A stretch of 64,000 nt of DNA from an uncultured delta proteobacterium (GTDB lineage Bacteria > Myxococcota_A > Polyangia > Polyangiales > B10-G4): contig CAVSGI010000027.1 in the NCBI GenBank assembly GCA_963727445.1, positions 224,001 through 288,000 on the forward strand. Reading direction: 5' to 3'. How positions within the stretch are numbered: position 1 is the stretch's first letter; every line of letters begins with the position of its first letter. Made by a program: the position numbers and the translations under genes. Shown one piece after another: positions 29,065-39,078 of this stretch. The notes below the pieces were generated by a model. That model was not told the DNA's origin and ran no database searches. It saw only the letters and a program-made list of their open reading frames with translations.

Positions 29065-31176
29065 TCAGCCGCCGTCGACGACGGCGTCGGTGGCGGGGGC
29101 GTCCGTGCTCGCGTCCGTCGCGACACCGGTATCCACGGGGGGGGTGCCCGTGTCCCGCGCGCCGGTGTCCGGGGTCCCCGAGTCGAGGATCCCGGCATCG
29201 GTGGTCTCGAGGACGCAGCCTTCCCCGAAGGCGAGCGGCCCACGGGAGCTGGTTCGCTGCTTGAGGATGACCTCGGCGACGCGGATCGCCTCGATGGTGG
29301 TGTCGGTCGCGCGTCGGAAGCCGCCGGTGACGAGGAAGCGTGGATCGCTGCAGTCGAGCGCTCCCGCCGGGCAGACGTCGAGGCGCGTGACGCGATGCCC
29401 GAACCGGCCGGCGAGCAGCGCCGGCGGCAGGTCGTCGTCGGGATCGTTGTAGGCGCCACGATCACGGTCGACGGTGAAGATGCGGTCGGTCTCGGTGAAG
29501 AGCGTGCGGGGGGTGCAGCCGGTGGTGCCGCCACGCGTGCAGGAAGCGCCGCCAACCATCAAGAGCGAGTCGCGATCGAGCGCGGTGGCGGTGTGGAAGA
29601 CCGAGTTGTCGAATGGCTGTGCCGTGTAGGGAAGCACGCTGTCGACGCCGGACGCCGAGAGAGTGAGACGCAGAACGGGGCTATCCGGGGGGAAGGTCGT
29701 GATGCCGTTCTGACCGCAGGGAGCGGTGCCGCCGATGCAACCGACCTTGAGCCCTCCGATCAGCATCACCTCGGAAGCCGCGAGGGCGGTGGCCGTGTGG
29801 AACGCGGTGGAGGGAAGACCGGTGTTGGCCGCTACGTCTGCGGTCCCGCCCCCCTGTCGGAAGATCTGGCCCGCGGTGCTGTCGAGGATCGCGCCGTCGT
29901 TGGTGTTCATGTTGCCGCCCCACACGAACGCCTGACCGAGCTCTGGCAGCAGCGTCACCGAATGCCCGAAACGGTCCGCGTTGTTGGTGGAGCGCACCGC
30001 CATCGACGCGTCCTCCATCTTGGCGGCGGAGGAGATCCAGCGGTTGGTGCGCACGAAAGTCCACTGACCGGTCCCCGGCCCGCTGCTGAGGACGGCGTCG
30101 GTGACTCCGCCAGTGACCGGGAAGAAGGTCATCCCCGCGAGTGAGTCGGCGACGACGGCCCCATGGGGCTCGTCCATGTCCACCACCATCTGCTCGATGG
30201 AGTTGGTGGCGCGGTCGTAGGTGATGATCACGTCGGGCTCGGGGGTCGCGTTCTCTCCGATGAGCAGCGGTGTGCCGTAGTAGTTCTGCGACTGGTTCTG
30301 GTTGACGTCGTAGCGAAGAAGCGTGCCGAGCTCGTTGAAGCCTCCGGACACGTAGATCTGGAACTGGGTGGCGTCGGGGTCCTCGGTGAGGAGCGTCGCG
30401 CTGAACAGGACACGGGAGAAGGTGTTCTCGACCACCTCGATCCGATCCTCCTGCGCACGGTAGATCTCCACGACCGGCTGCGGCGGCGAGCCGACGCTCA
30501 TGGGTCCGAGGTCGTCGATCGCCGCCTCGCCGCGCACACCGCCGAAGATCAGCACGTCGCCATTCGGCAGGCGCACGGCCTGGTGAAACGCGCGGTCGCG
30601 CATCCGACGTTCGATCGCGCCGCTGAGGTTCGGTCCCGCGCAGGCGGTCTGGGCGAAGGGATACGCCCGCATGGAGACGGGCGCCGAAAAGAACTCGGCC
30701 GCGGGCACGCCGGTGCGGATACCGCGGTAGACCGGCATGCCGGAGTCATCGTAGAGCTCGGTCACGATCTCGAGGAAGCGGCCGTCGAGGGTGGGTTGCT
30801 CGGTCTCCGGATCGTCGAGCTGCACGATGAAAGAGAAGTCGTTGGAGGCGTCCACCGCCACCAGGGCCGAGGTCCCCAGCGGGCCCATGCCAGCCTCGGA
30901 GACGTCGGCAGCCGTGCAGCCGGCCTCCGGATCGCACGGAACCACCGCCCGCGCGACACATTCGGTGTCTCCAGGCGCGCGCTCGCAAACCGTGATCAGC
31001 GCGCAGGCGAAATTCGGCGGGGGATCTGCGGTCTCGGCCTCGCACATCGGATCGGTGGCCGCGATCTCGATGAGCAGCGAGCCGGTCGCGACGTCCCCGG
31101 AGCAACCGGCGAGCGGCGCCGCAGTCAGGAAGAGGCCCACCGCGAAAACGGACGGGTGTTGTCGCTTCGAGATCAA
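29065..31176 (-). CDS. Lipoprotein with Kelch-like beta-propeller repeats
   Basis: Lipobox LAGC; repeated RAFHQAVRL..G.VLIFGG, RFGHSVTLL, AFHTATAL...LIGG, FHTATAL; D/T/G-rich C-terminal tail. Confidence 0.7.
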   Translation of the reverse strand: MISKRQHPSVFAVGLFLTAAPLAGCSGDVATGSLLIEIAATDPMCEAETADPPPNFACALITVCERAPGDTECVARAVVPCDPEAGCTAADVSEAGMGPLGTSALVAVDASNDFSFIVQLDDPETEQPTLDGRFLEIVTELYDDSGMPVYRGIRTGVPAAEFFSAPVSMRAYPFAQTACAGPNLSGAIERRMRDRAFHQAVRLPNGDVLIFGGVRGEAAIDDLGPMSVGSPPQPVVEIYRAQEDRIEVVENTFSRVLFSATLLTEDPDATQFQIYVSGGFNELGTLLRYDVNQNQSQNYYGTPLLIGENATPEPDVIITYDRATNSIEQMVVDMDEPHGAVVADSLAGMTFFPVTGGVTDAVLSSGPGTGQWTFVRTNRWISSAAKMEDASMAVRSTNNADRFGHSVTLLPELGQAFVWGGNMNTNDGAILDSTAGQIFRQGGGTADVAANTGLPSTAFHTATALAASEVMLIGGLKVGCIGGTAPCGQNGITTFPPDSPVLRLTLSASGVDSVLPYTAQPFDNSVFHTATALDRDSLLMVGGASCTRGGTTGCTPRTLFTETDRIFTVDRDRGAYNDPDDDLPPALLAGRFGHRVTRLDVCPAGALDCSDPRFLVTGGFRRATDTTIEAIRVAEVILKQRTSSRGPLAFGEGCVLETTDAGILDSGTPDTGARDTGTPPVDTGVATDASTDAPATDAVVDGG

Positions 31177-32210
31177 GAAAGCTCCTTTGGGGCGATGAGT
31201 CGTCGGATGATCCGCTCCGACACACTATACGGGTCGTCGCTCGAAGCCGCGATGGCGGTCGCGCCCGCTTCGAGCTCGGCCCCGCATCGAGCGAGCGCCG
31301 TGGCCAGGAGAGTATCGCGGAAAACGGCGGCGAGCTCCGCCTCGATCCGCGCTCTTCGCTGGGCAGCGCGCCGGTCGGGCGCTTCGATGAACGCGCGATG
31401 GGACTCGCAGGCCTCCACCAGGGCGTCGATCCCCTCCCCGCGCACGGCCACCGTCTTGACGACGGGGGGCGTGAAGCGGCCGTCCACCTCGCCACTCGGC
31501 GCCGCGACCCGGGCGGCGGAGTGACCGTGCGGCGACTTCTGAGCGCGTGCCATCTGCGCATCGAGCGCGATCATCTGCTCGAGGTCACGCATCGTCGCGT
31601 CGGCGCCGTCCCGGTCGGCCTTGTTCACCGCAAAGACGTTCGCCACCTCGAGGATGCCCGCCTTGATCGCTTGAATGTCGTCGCCCATCCCCGGCGCCAT
31701 CACGACCACCGTGGTGTGGGCGAGGCGCGCCACCTCGAGCTCGTCCTGACCGACGCCCACCGTCTCGACGATGATCACGCCGAAGCCGGCGGCATCGAGG
31801 ACGTGGGTCACGTCGGAGGCGGAACGGGAGAGGCCCCCGAGCTGGCCGCGGGTGGCGAGGGAGCGGATGAACACTTCGTCGTCGAGGAAGTGGCGCTGCA
31901 TGCGGATCCGGTCGCCGAGGATGGCGCCGCCGCTGAAGGGGCTCGTGGGGTCGACGGCGATGACGCCGACCTTGTGGCCCCGCTCGCGATAGGCCGTGAC
32001 CAAGCGGTCGACCAAGGTGCTCTTTCCGGCGCCTGGAGTGCCGGTCACGCCGAGCACGTAAGCGTTTCCGGTGTGGGGATAGAGGCGCTTGAGCAGCTCG
32101 ACGAAGACTGGATCACGGTCGTCGACGAGGCGCATCGCCCGGGCGATGCCTCGCGTCTCGCCGGCCCGGACCCGCTCGGCGAGGGCTCGAATCTGGTCGC
32201 TTCCGCCCAT
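31173..32210 (-). CDS. meaB: Methylmalonyl-CoA mutase-associated GTPase MeaB/ArgK
   Basis: GVTGTPGAGKST, AVDPTSPFSGGAILGDRIRM, ETVGVGQ, GDDIQAIKAG, NKAD. Confidence 0.93.
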   Translation of the reverse strand: MGGSDQIRALAERVRAGETRGIARAMRLVDDRDPVFVELLKRLYPHTGNAYVLGVTGTPGAGKSTLVDRLVTAYRERGHKVGVIAVDPTSPFSGGAILGDRIRMQRHFLDDEVFIRSLATRGQLGGLSRSASDVTHVLDAAGFGVIIVETVGVGQDELEVARLAHTTVVVMAPGMGDDIQAIKAGILEVANVFAVNKADRDGADATMRDLEQMIALDAQMARAQKSPHGHSAARVAAPSGEVDGRFTPPVVKTVAVRGEGIDALVEACESHRAFIEAPDRRAAQRRARIEAELAAVFRDTLLATALARCGAELEAGATAIAASSDDPYSVSERIIRRLIAPKELS

Positions 32211-32281
32211 CGGGGGCCGAAACTACAGGTCGTCGCGGCCCCTGTCGACGGAACCACGAGACCCGGCCCCCTCATACGAGA

Positions 32282-32305
32282 CGGGCCGCCCCTGAGGGCG
32301 GCCCG
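32282..32305 (-). terminator. GC-rich hairpin downstream of tRNA-Val (possible terminator or processing stem)
   Basis: CGGGCCGCCC-CTGA-GGGCGGCCCG, a perfect 10-bp stem; no clear U-tract. Confidence 0.45.
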
Positions 32306-32314
32306 GCTGGCTTC

Positions 32315-32389
32315 TGGTGGGCGATCGCAGATTTGAACTGCGGACTTCCTCCGTGTGAAGAAGGCACTCTACCACTGAGTTAATCGCCC
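32315..32389 (-). tRNA. tRNA-Val(CAC)
   Basis: Reverse complement GGGCGATTAACTCAGTGGTAGAGTGCCTTCTTCACACGGAGGAAGTCCGCAGTTCAAATCTGCGATCGCCCACCA: cloverleaf, anticodon CAC, TTC T-loop, encoded CCA. Confidence 0.95.
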
Positions 32390-32456
32390 GAACCGCTCGG
32401 GCCGAGGCCCGCGCGGAGCGGCTATGTAGCAACGCGATGTGGATCCCGCAAGAGGG

Positions 32457-32661
32457 AGGCACTCCCGGCGAAGCGCCACCTGCGCTCCGCTGCGTCTCTG
32501 GGCGCTTTCGCGCCCGACGCCGCCGCTACGCTCCGGCGTCGCTCCGCCTTCTTTCGGGCGGCAGGCACTCCCGGCGAAGCGCCACCTGCGCTCCGCTGCG
32601 TCTCTGGGCGCTTTCGCGCCCGACGCCGCCGCTACGCTCCGGCGTCGCTACGCCTTCTTTC
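32457..32661 (-). repeat. Two tandem ~106-bp copies of a nested-hairpin repeat (same family as 41205-41831, opposite strand)
   Basis: Copies start at ~32458 and ~32564; the reverse complement contains GGCG.AGCGACGCC GGA GCGTAGC ... GGGCGCGAAAGCGCCC ... GCGGAGC GCA GGTGGCGCTTCGCC GGGAGTGCCT. Confidence 0.85.
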
Positions 32662-32669
32662 AAGCGGCC

Positions 32670-34942
32670 TCACTCCGAGTCGAGCTTGGCCTTGAGGAGA
32701 TCGCCGAAGGTGCCGAAGCCCTGCTTCGCGGCCTCCTTGCGGTACTCCTTGACGGCCTTGCGCTCCTCATCGAACTCGCGGCCTTTGATGGAGACCTTCA
32801 GGCCGCCGTCACGGTCCGTGCCCACCACCTTGACCTCGATCTCGGCGCCGGGGACGAGGTCCTTGCGGGATGCGTTGTTGCCGAGCTCGCGGTTCGGCAG
32901 ATAGCCGCGGCCGCGCTTGCCGAGAACGCCCTTCACGTGGACCTGGATTCCGTGATGCTCGACCTTGTCGATCACCACGTGGATGTGGGTGCCGGGCTTG
33001 AGGCTCTTCGGGCGGTCCTTGGGATCGAGGGAGCCATCGGCGATGGCCTGAACCTCGGCCTCGCTCAGCTTGGACAAGGAGATCCGCCGCTGGCCCTTGT
33101 CGACGCGCTCGATGACGATGTCGAGCTCGTCACCGACCTTCACGGCCTTGTCGGCGTGGGGCAGATCCTTGCCGAGCTCGGAGATGTGCAAGAGGCCGTC
33201 GATACCCGGCGCGAGCTCCACGAAGGCGCCGAACTCGGCCGTGCGCACGACCTTGCCCTTGCGCGCGGTGCCCACCGCGAGGGCGTCGGCGTGCTCGTCC
33301 CAGGGATCCGGCAGGTGGGCGCGCATCGACAGGTCCACGCGGCCCTGCTTCTCGGTGCTCACCTTCGATACGCGGACCTTCACCCCTTGCCCGGTCTTCA
33401 CGACGTCCGCCGGACGCACGCCGCGCGTCCAGGAGAGCTCGGACTGGTGGACCATCCCTTCGACGCCGTCTCCGATGTCGACGAAGACGCCGTAGTCGCG
33501 GATCTGGGTGACGACCCCGTCGAGGTCGTCACCGACCTTCAGGGACTTGAGGCGCTGCTTGCGCGCCTTGCGCTGCTCGCGCTCGAGGATGGTCTTGCGG
33601 CTGACGACGAGGCTCTTGGCGCCACCGCCCTTGCGAGGCGGCACCGTGAACTCGAAGCGCTTGCCGAGGAACGCGTGCGGATCGGGGACCGCGCCGAGCG
33701 CCATGCCGCTGGCGGGGCAGAAGACCCGGACGCCCTCGACCAGAACGTCGAAGCCGCCGCGGTTGAACCCGAAGACCACGCCTTCGACCCGCTGCTTCGC
33801 CTCGCGGGCCGCCGCGATCGACGCGCGCACCTGCCGCTTGTCGAGGGCGCGGTTCACGATGGCGATGTGGCCGCTCTCGGAGACCGAGGCGATGCGGCCG
33901 CGATAGACGCTGCCCGCCTGGGGCATCGCCGGGGGCGGCCCCTCGCGCTTGGGCGGCGGGTCGACCTTGGGGGCAGGCGGCGCCTCGGGCTGCGCGTCGG
34001 CCGCGGCGGAGGCCGAATCCGTTCCCCGCTTCCGTTCCCGTTCCCGCTTCCGTTCCCGTTCCCTTTCCCGTTCCCGCTTCCGTTCCCGTTCCCGTTCCCG
34101 CTTCCGTTCCCGTTCCCGTTCCCGTTCCCGTTCCCGTTCCCGTTCCCGTTCCCGCTTCCGTTCCCGTTCCCGTTCCCGCTCCCGCTTCCGCTCCCGTTCC
34201 CGTCTCCCGCTTCCGTTCCCGCTCCCGTTCCCGCTCCCGCCGCGGCCGAATCCGCCTCCGAATCCGTCTCCGAATCCATCTCCGCGTGGGACGCGTCGTC
34301 CTCCTCGTCCTCCTCGACCTTCTCCGGGAGTGGCTCGATCGCCGCGGGCTCCCAGGCGTCGACGTAGGCGTCGGCGCGACCGAAGAGGTCGACGCGGAAG
34401 GCGCCGTCGAGCTGTTCGCTCACCAGGCCGGCGACGACGTCACCGGCGGAGAATGCTTGTCGCTTCGAAGGATCGCCTCCGAAGTACCGGCTGAAGGGAG
34501 CGGTCGACTTCTTCTCCGTCGCCTGCGCGCCCTCCTCGGGGGCGGCTACGTCGCCGGCGGCGCTCTTCTTCTTGCGCCGACGCCGGCGGCGCTTCTTCTT
34601 GCCGCCGGGAGCGGCGTCGCCCGCAGCGCTCGGCGTAGTCGACGCCGCGGCTTCGTCCGCATCCGTGGAAGCGGCCGCGCTCGCGCTCTCATCCGGAGCG
34701 GCGGCGCTCACGCTCTCATCCGGAGCGGCCGCGGCTTGCGTCCCCGCATCCGGGCGGTCGGTCGCCTCGGCGGCGGGCGCCTCCGCGCCCGCATCCGAGG
34801 GAGCGGCGGCCTGTGCGCTCTCTGTCGCGGTGGGCTCGGCCGCAGGTGCGGCCGGGGGCGCTTCCGCGGCCGGCGACTGGCCGGCGGGATCGGAAGGAGC
34901 GGTCTCTGCGTTGGACGGCGCGTCTTCGGAGTTCGTGGTCAT
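32670..34942 (-). CDS. Multi-S1-domain RNA-binding protein (RpsA-like paralog) with low-complexity N-terminus; frameshifted within a repeat tract
   Basis: S1 motifs NRGGFDV, YGVFVDIGDGVEGMVHQSELSW, FGAFVELAPGIDGLLHISEL and C-terminal GFGTFGDLLK. The N-terminal ORF 33854-34942 is in a different frame from 32670-33926. Confidence 0.75.
34021..34240 (-). repeat. Degenerate hexamer tandem repeat (GGGAAC/GGAAGC/GGGAGC)n inside the S1 gene
   Basis: About 220 bp of CCCGTT/CCGCTT-type units, directly visible. Confidence 0.9.
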
Positions 34943-35044
34943 GATCGTAGCCCGTCAGAACGGGGCGGGCAGACTAACCCCGGATGGTTGCGCTGTCGAG
35001 GCGCGGAGACGGGAGGCGAATCGCGGGCATTTGGCCCGCAATCG

Positions 35045-38000
35045 TCATGCTTCGCCGAGCTGACGCGCTTGCTCGCGCAAACGTCGCTCGAATGGGATGT
35101 GCCCGGCGCGGCCCGCGTAGGTGGCGGCGCGCTCGAGGGTGCGCTGCGCCGCGCCGGCGTCGCCGAGCGCCACGTGGGCGCGCGCGAGCATGGACAGGGC
35201 GATCGCCGTCGCCCCCGCGCGGCCCGCCTCCTCGAGCGCGTCGATCGCACGCACGATCCCCGGCACGTACGAGACGTCCGGGTGCTCGGCGATGGCAAGG
35301 GCGCCCTGGATCGCCGCGGCCAGGTGGGTGACCGAATACAGACCGTGACGACGTCCGAGTCGGTGCGCCGCCTCGGCGTGAACCGCTGCCTTGGCGGGGT
35401 CGCCGTTCTCGAGACAGGTCGCGGCGGCGAGCACGTGCGCGCGCGCCGCGCTCCCCTCCGCGCCCTCCTCTTCGGCGACGGCGGCCGCTTCTCCATAGCG
35501 CGCCGAGGCCGATTTCATCGAGCCGCGCGCTTCGGCGACCGCGCCCATCGCAGCGAGAGAGCGATGACGCAGCCGGCCGCTTCCCAGGCGCGCCGCGATC
35601 GCCAGCGCCGAGGCCACCGCATCGTCGGCTTCGTCGAAGCGGCCCGCGCGCGACAGCGCCATCGCCGCGCGTGAATGCGCCACGCCGGCGAGCTCGTCTT
35701 CCGACGCTGCTTCGAGCGTCTCGATGGCCCGCTCGAGGATGGCCGCGGCCGATTCGGGCCGGCCCGCCTCGAGCTCGACGCGGCCGAGGGTCAAGAGCGC
35801 TTCGCCGCGCAGCCCCCCGTCGGTGAGCGTCTCGATCGCGTCCGTCACCTGGGCGAGGCTGCTCGCCGCCTCGTCCCAGCGCTCCCGCCGCGCCGCGACA
35901 CGCGCCCGCGCGAGCGCGATCCGCACCTTCACCGCGGGCTCGGTGCGCGCGCTCGCCGTACGCTCCGCTTCCTCGATGGCCGCGTCGGCGATGCGGATGG
36001 CGCCGCCGGAGAGCGCGAGCTCGGTGGCCCGAAGGGCCAACGAGACGCTGTCTTCGTCCACGTCCTCGTTCGACTCGCGGATGATCTTCGCCGCGTGCGT
36101 CAGATACTCGGCAGCACTGCCGAGCTCGCCGCGCTCCTGCGCGTGGTCCGCGGCGCGCACCAGGTAGTCGGGCGCGCGCCGGCGGTCCACCGAACGCGCC
36201 GCGTGATAGGCGAGCGACGCGATGCGATCGGCGTCCCCAGCGGCGCCCGTGCGCTCGAGCACCGCCGCGATGGCGCCGTGGAGTCGGCGCAGCTCCATCT
36301 CGCCCACCGAGTCCTCGAGGGCGCGACGCGGCAACGAGCCGGGCACCCGCACGATGTTGGGCACCGGGTGCTCGTCGGAGTTCCCACCCCACACCCCGGA
36401 CCCGGGCCACCACGCCTGCGGCGGACCGGCCGGCAGCCCCGAGCCCACCGCCTCGAGCAGCCGCTGGACGAGAAGCCGCCGAATCGCCGCTTCTCCCTCT
36501 TCACGGGATGCGCCCACGGCCGCACGCAATACGTCGATCTCAATCGCGCCGTCGAAGGCGGCGGCCGCGCGCAGGATGGCGCGGTCCACCGGCCGAAGCT
36601 CCGCGAGGCCGGTCGCGATCAAAGCGCGCTGGTGCGCCGTGACCGGCGTCGGCGTGTTCGCGCTGAGCCTCGCGACGTCGTCTTCGACCACGACCGCCCC
36701 GGCGCTGTTCAGCGCATCGGCCATCGCCTGCACCCATCCCGGGCTGCCTGCGGTCTCCTCCATGATCCGCGGGCCAAGCTCCTCCTCACAGTCCTTGGCG
36801 TTCACCGCTGCCGCGAAGAGACGCATCGCCGAACGCTCGTCGAGCCGTGACAGGTGGACCACCTCCACCTGATCGTCGGGCAGTGGGGTCCCGGGGCGCG
36901 CCGTCATCACCGTGAGCACCCGCGACCGCTCGAGACCACGGAGCAGGAAGGGCAGGATCTGCCGGGTGGCGTCGTCCATCCAGTTGACGTCCTCGAGAGC
37001 GAGGAGCACCGCCCGATCGGAAGCGAGCGCGCGCAGAGCCTTGCGCGCGGCGAGCATCAGCTCGAGCCCGCGCGGCCGACCCGGGCGCTCGTCGCGCGCG
37101 ACCGGGTAGTTGAGCCCCAGCAGCTCGCCGACCAGCCGCACCTCCCGCGGCTTGAGGTTCAAGACGCGCAACCGGTCGACCTTGGCGAAGCGCTCCGAGG
37201 GCGCATCGGAGACCTCCACACCGCACAGGTCGCGGAACACGTCGGCGAGCGCACCGTAGGCGCCCTCGCTCTGGGTCTCGTCGCCGCGACCGCGCACCAG
37301 CGCAAAGTCCTGACCGGAGGCGAGCGCGCCCAGCTCCGCCAACAGGCGCGACTTGCCCGAGCCCGGCTCGCCCACGACGAGATATGCCCCGCCGTGCCCA
37401 CCCTCGGCGGCGCGCACCAGCGGCTCGCTGAGCTTTCGCACCTCAGCTCGTCTGCCGATCAGCGGCGCACGCTCGCGAAGCGCGAGCGCGTCCCAATCCT
37501 GTCGCGAGCGGTAACCGACCAGAAGCGGCGTCTCTCCCTCCGAGACCTGGAAGGTGCGCGCGAGGGGCGCGCGCAGGTCCGGGTGGACGTGGATCTCCCC
37601 CATCTCGCCTGCCCGCACCAGCTCGAGCGCCGCCGCGTGAACGGCGTCGTTCGGCTCGATCGCGCCGACCTCGAAGACGCGAGCCTCACCGCGCACGATG
37701 GCAGCGGCCGGCGTGGGGTCGAGGCGCGTCGGCCCTTCGAGGGCGAGACGTCGCCGAAACTCGAGCGCCGCACGCGCCGCGTGCAGAGCGCCCCGCTCGA
37801 CGCCGCTGGTGTGACCGAAGACGGCCTCGCGCACACCGTCGAGCGGGGGCATGGGGTAGCCGCCCATCGTCGTCACCACCGACTCGAAGGTCCCCGAGTC
37901 GTCCTCGCGCTCGTTGACGGCGAGGAGCACGACCTCGCGCGTCTCCGACCGGATCCGCCGCGAGGCGGGGAAGGCCATGGTGTGCTCCTTCGTCCCGCCC

Positions 38001-39049
38001 AGATGACTCATCGGCGTAATCTCGGTCTTCGCCGGCGTGCTCACCAGCGACGCGTCGTCATAGGCGCGCATCATCAGGTCGACGCGGAGCTTGTTGGGGG
38101 AGGCCTTGTCCTCGGGTGGAAACATCTCGAGCATGACCTCGGCGAGGTCCCGCTCGTCGACCTGGGCGCGCATGTCGAACAGGACGCCGCCCAGGTCCTC
38201 CGCCATGTCGCCCGCGTTGTCGTAACGGTCGTCCTTGTCGAGGGCGAGGCTCTTGTCGACGATGGGCAGGATCGACTTCGGCACGCCCACCGCCTCGGTA
38301 TCGATCGGCGGAACGTACGCGCGTCGGACCCGATCCAGGGTCTCGCGGGTGGTCTTGGCGCGGAAGAGCCGCTTACCGACGATCAGCTCGTAGAGCACGA
38401 TGCCGAGCGCGAAGAGGTCGCTGCGCCGGTCGAGGGGCTCGCCGCGGGATTGCTCCGGGCTCATGTAGGCGTACTTGCCGCGCAGGACCTTCGGATCTTC
38501 GCCCTTGCCGAGCTCCGCTTCGTCGGCGCGGGCGATGCCGAAGTCGGCGACCTTCACGTGCCCCTCGTAGCCCAGCAGGACGTTCTGAGGAGACACGTCG
38601 CGATGCACGATGTTCAGCGGGCGACCGTCCTCGCCGCGCCGGCGATGCGCGTAGTCGAGGGCACGGCAGACCTGGCTCAGGATCCAGAGCTTGATCGCCA
38701 GATCGAGCCCCGGCGGTTCCTTCTCCGAACGGGGGCGGTGGCTCATGGCCTGACCCAGGTCCCGCCCGTGGACGTACTCCATCGCGATGAAGTAGGCGCC
38801 CTCCTCTTCCCCCAGATCGAAGATCTGGACGACGTTCGGATGGCTGAGCAGCGCCGCGATCTTCGCCTCGCGGATCAGCAGCTCGGCGAAGGTCTTCTTC
38901 GCCATGAGCGACGGGAGCACTCGCTTGATGACGACGGTCTTTTCGAAGCCGGCGACGCCGCGCGAGCGCGCACGCCACACCTCGGCCATGCCCCCCTCCC
39001 CGATCCGGTCCAGGAGCTCGTAATTGCCGAAGAGGACTGCCTCGCTCAT
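35045..39049 (-). CDS. Ser/Thr kinase + degenerate cyclase-like segment + STAND-type AAA ATPase + TPR-like repeats
   Basis: GEGGMAEV, HRDVSPQN, DFG, GKYAYMSPE; PLIGRRAE; Walker A GEPGSGKS; Walker B LLALEDVNW; helical Ala-rich C-terminus. Confidence 0.85.
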   Translation of the reverse strand: MSEAVLFGNYELLDRIGEGGMAEVWRARSRGVAGFEKTVVIKRVLPSLMAKKTFAELLIREAKIAALLSHPNVVQIFDLGEEEGAYFIAMEYVHGRDLGQAMSHRPRSEKEPPGLDLAIKLWILSQVCRALDYAHRRRGEDGRPLNIVHRDVSPQNVLLGYEGHVKVADFGIARADEAELGKGEDPKVLRGKYAYMSPEQSRGEPLDRRSDLFALGIVLYELIVGKRLFRAKTTRETLDRVRRAYVPPIDTEAVGVPKSILPIVDKSLALDKDDRYDNAGDMAEDLGGVLFDMRAQVDERDLAEVMLEMFPPEDKASPNKLRVDLMMRAYDDASLVSTPAKTEITPMSHLGGTKEHTMAFPASRRIRSETREVVLLAVNEREDDSGTFESVVTTMGGYPMPPLDGVREAVFGHTSGVERGALHAARAALEFRRRLALEGPTRLDPTPAAAIVRGEARVFEVGAIEPNDAVHAAALELVRAGEMGEIHVHPDLRAPLARTFQVSEGETPLLVGYRSRQDWDALALRERAPLIGRRAEVRKLSEPLVRAAEGGHGGAYLVVGEPGSGKSRLLAELGALASGQDFALVRGRGDETQSEGAYGALADVFRDLCGVEVSDAPSERFAKVDRLRVLNLKPREVRLVGELLGLNYPVARDERPGRPRGLELMLAARKALRALASDRAVLLALEDVNWMDDATRQILPFLLRGLERSRVLTVMTARPGTPLPDDQVEVVHLSRLDERSAMRLFAAAVNAKDCEEELGPRIMEETAGSPGWVQAMADALNSAGAVVVEDDVARLSANTPTPVTAHQRALIATGLAELRPVDRAILRAAAAFDGAIEIDVLRAAVGASREEGEAAIRRLLVQRLLEAVGSGLPAGPPQAWWPGSGVWGGNSDEHPVPNIVRVPGSLPRRALEDSVGEMELRRLHGAIAAVLERTGAAGDADRIASLAYHAARSVDRRRAPDYLVRAADHAQERGELGSAAEYLTHAAKIIRESNEDVDEDSVSLALRATELALSGGAIRIADAAIEEAERTASARTEPAVKVRIALARARVAARRERWDEAASSLAQVTDAIETLTDGGLRGEALLTLGRVELEAGRPESAAAILERAIETLEAASEDELAGVAHSRAAMALSRAGRFDEADDAVASALAIAARLGSGRLRHRSLAAMGAVAEARGSMKSASARYGEAAAVAEEEGAEGSAARAHVLAAATCLENGDPAKAAVHAEAAHRLGRRHGLYSVTHLAAAIQGALAIAEHPDVSYVPGIVRAIDALEEAGRAGATAIALSMLARAHVALGDAGAAQRTLERAATYAGRAGHIPFERRLREQARQLGEA

Positions 39050-39078
39050 CGCGAGCGACAGGGTACGACAGCGGGGTC

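Noticed and set aside
24191..32210. Thiolase/hbd/crt and meaB as BMC cargo pathway
   Set aside because: More than 11 kb from the BMC genes with unrelated genes in between, and no encapsulation-peptide-like extensions seen.
32315..32389. tRNA-anchored genomic island or prophage
   Set aside because: No integrase or phage genes nearby, and I saw no duplicated tRNA 3' end.
32439..34367. 642-aa plus-strand ORF with a (PF)n tract
   Set aside because: Antisense shadow of the S1 gene and its hexamer repeat.
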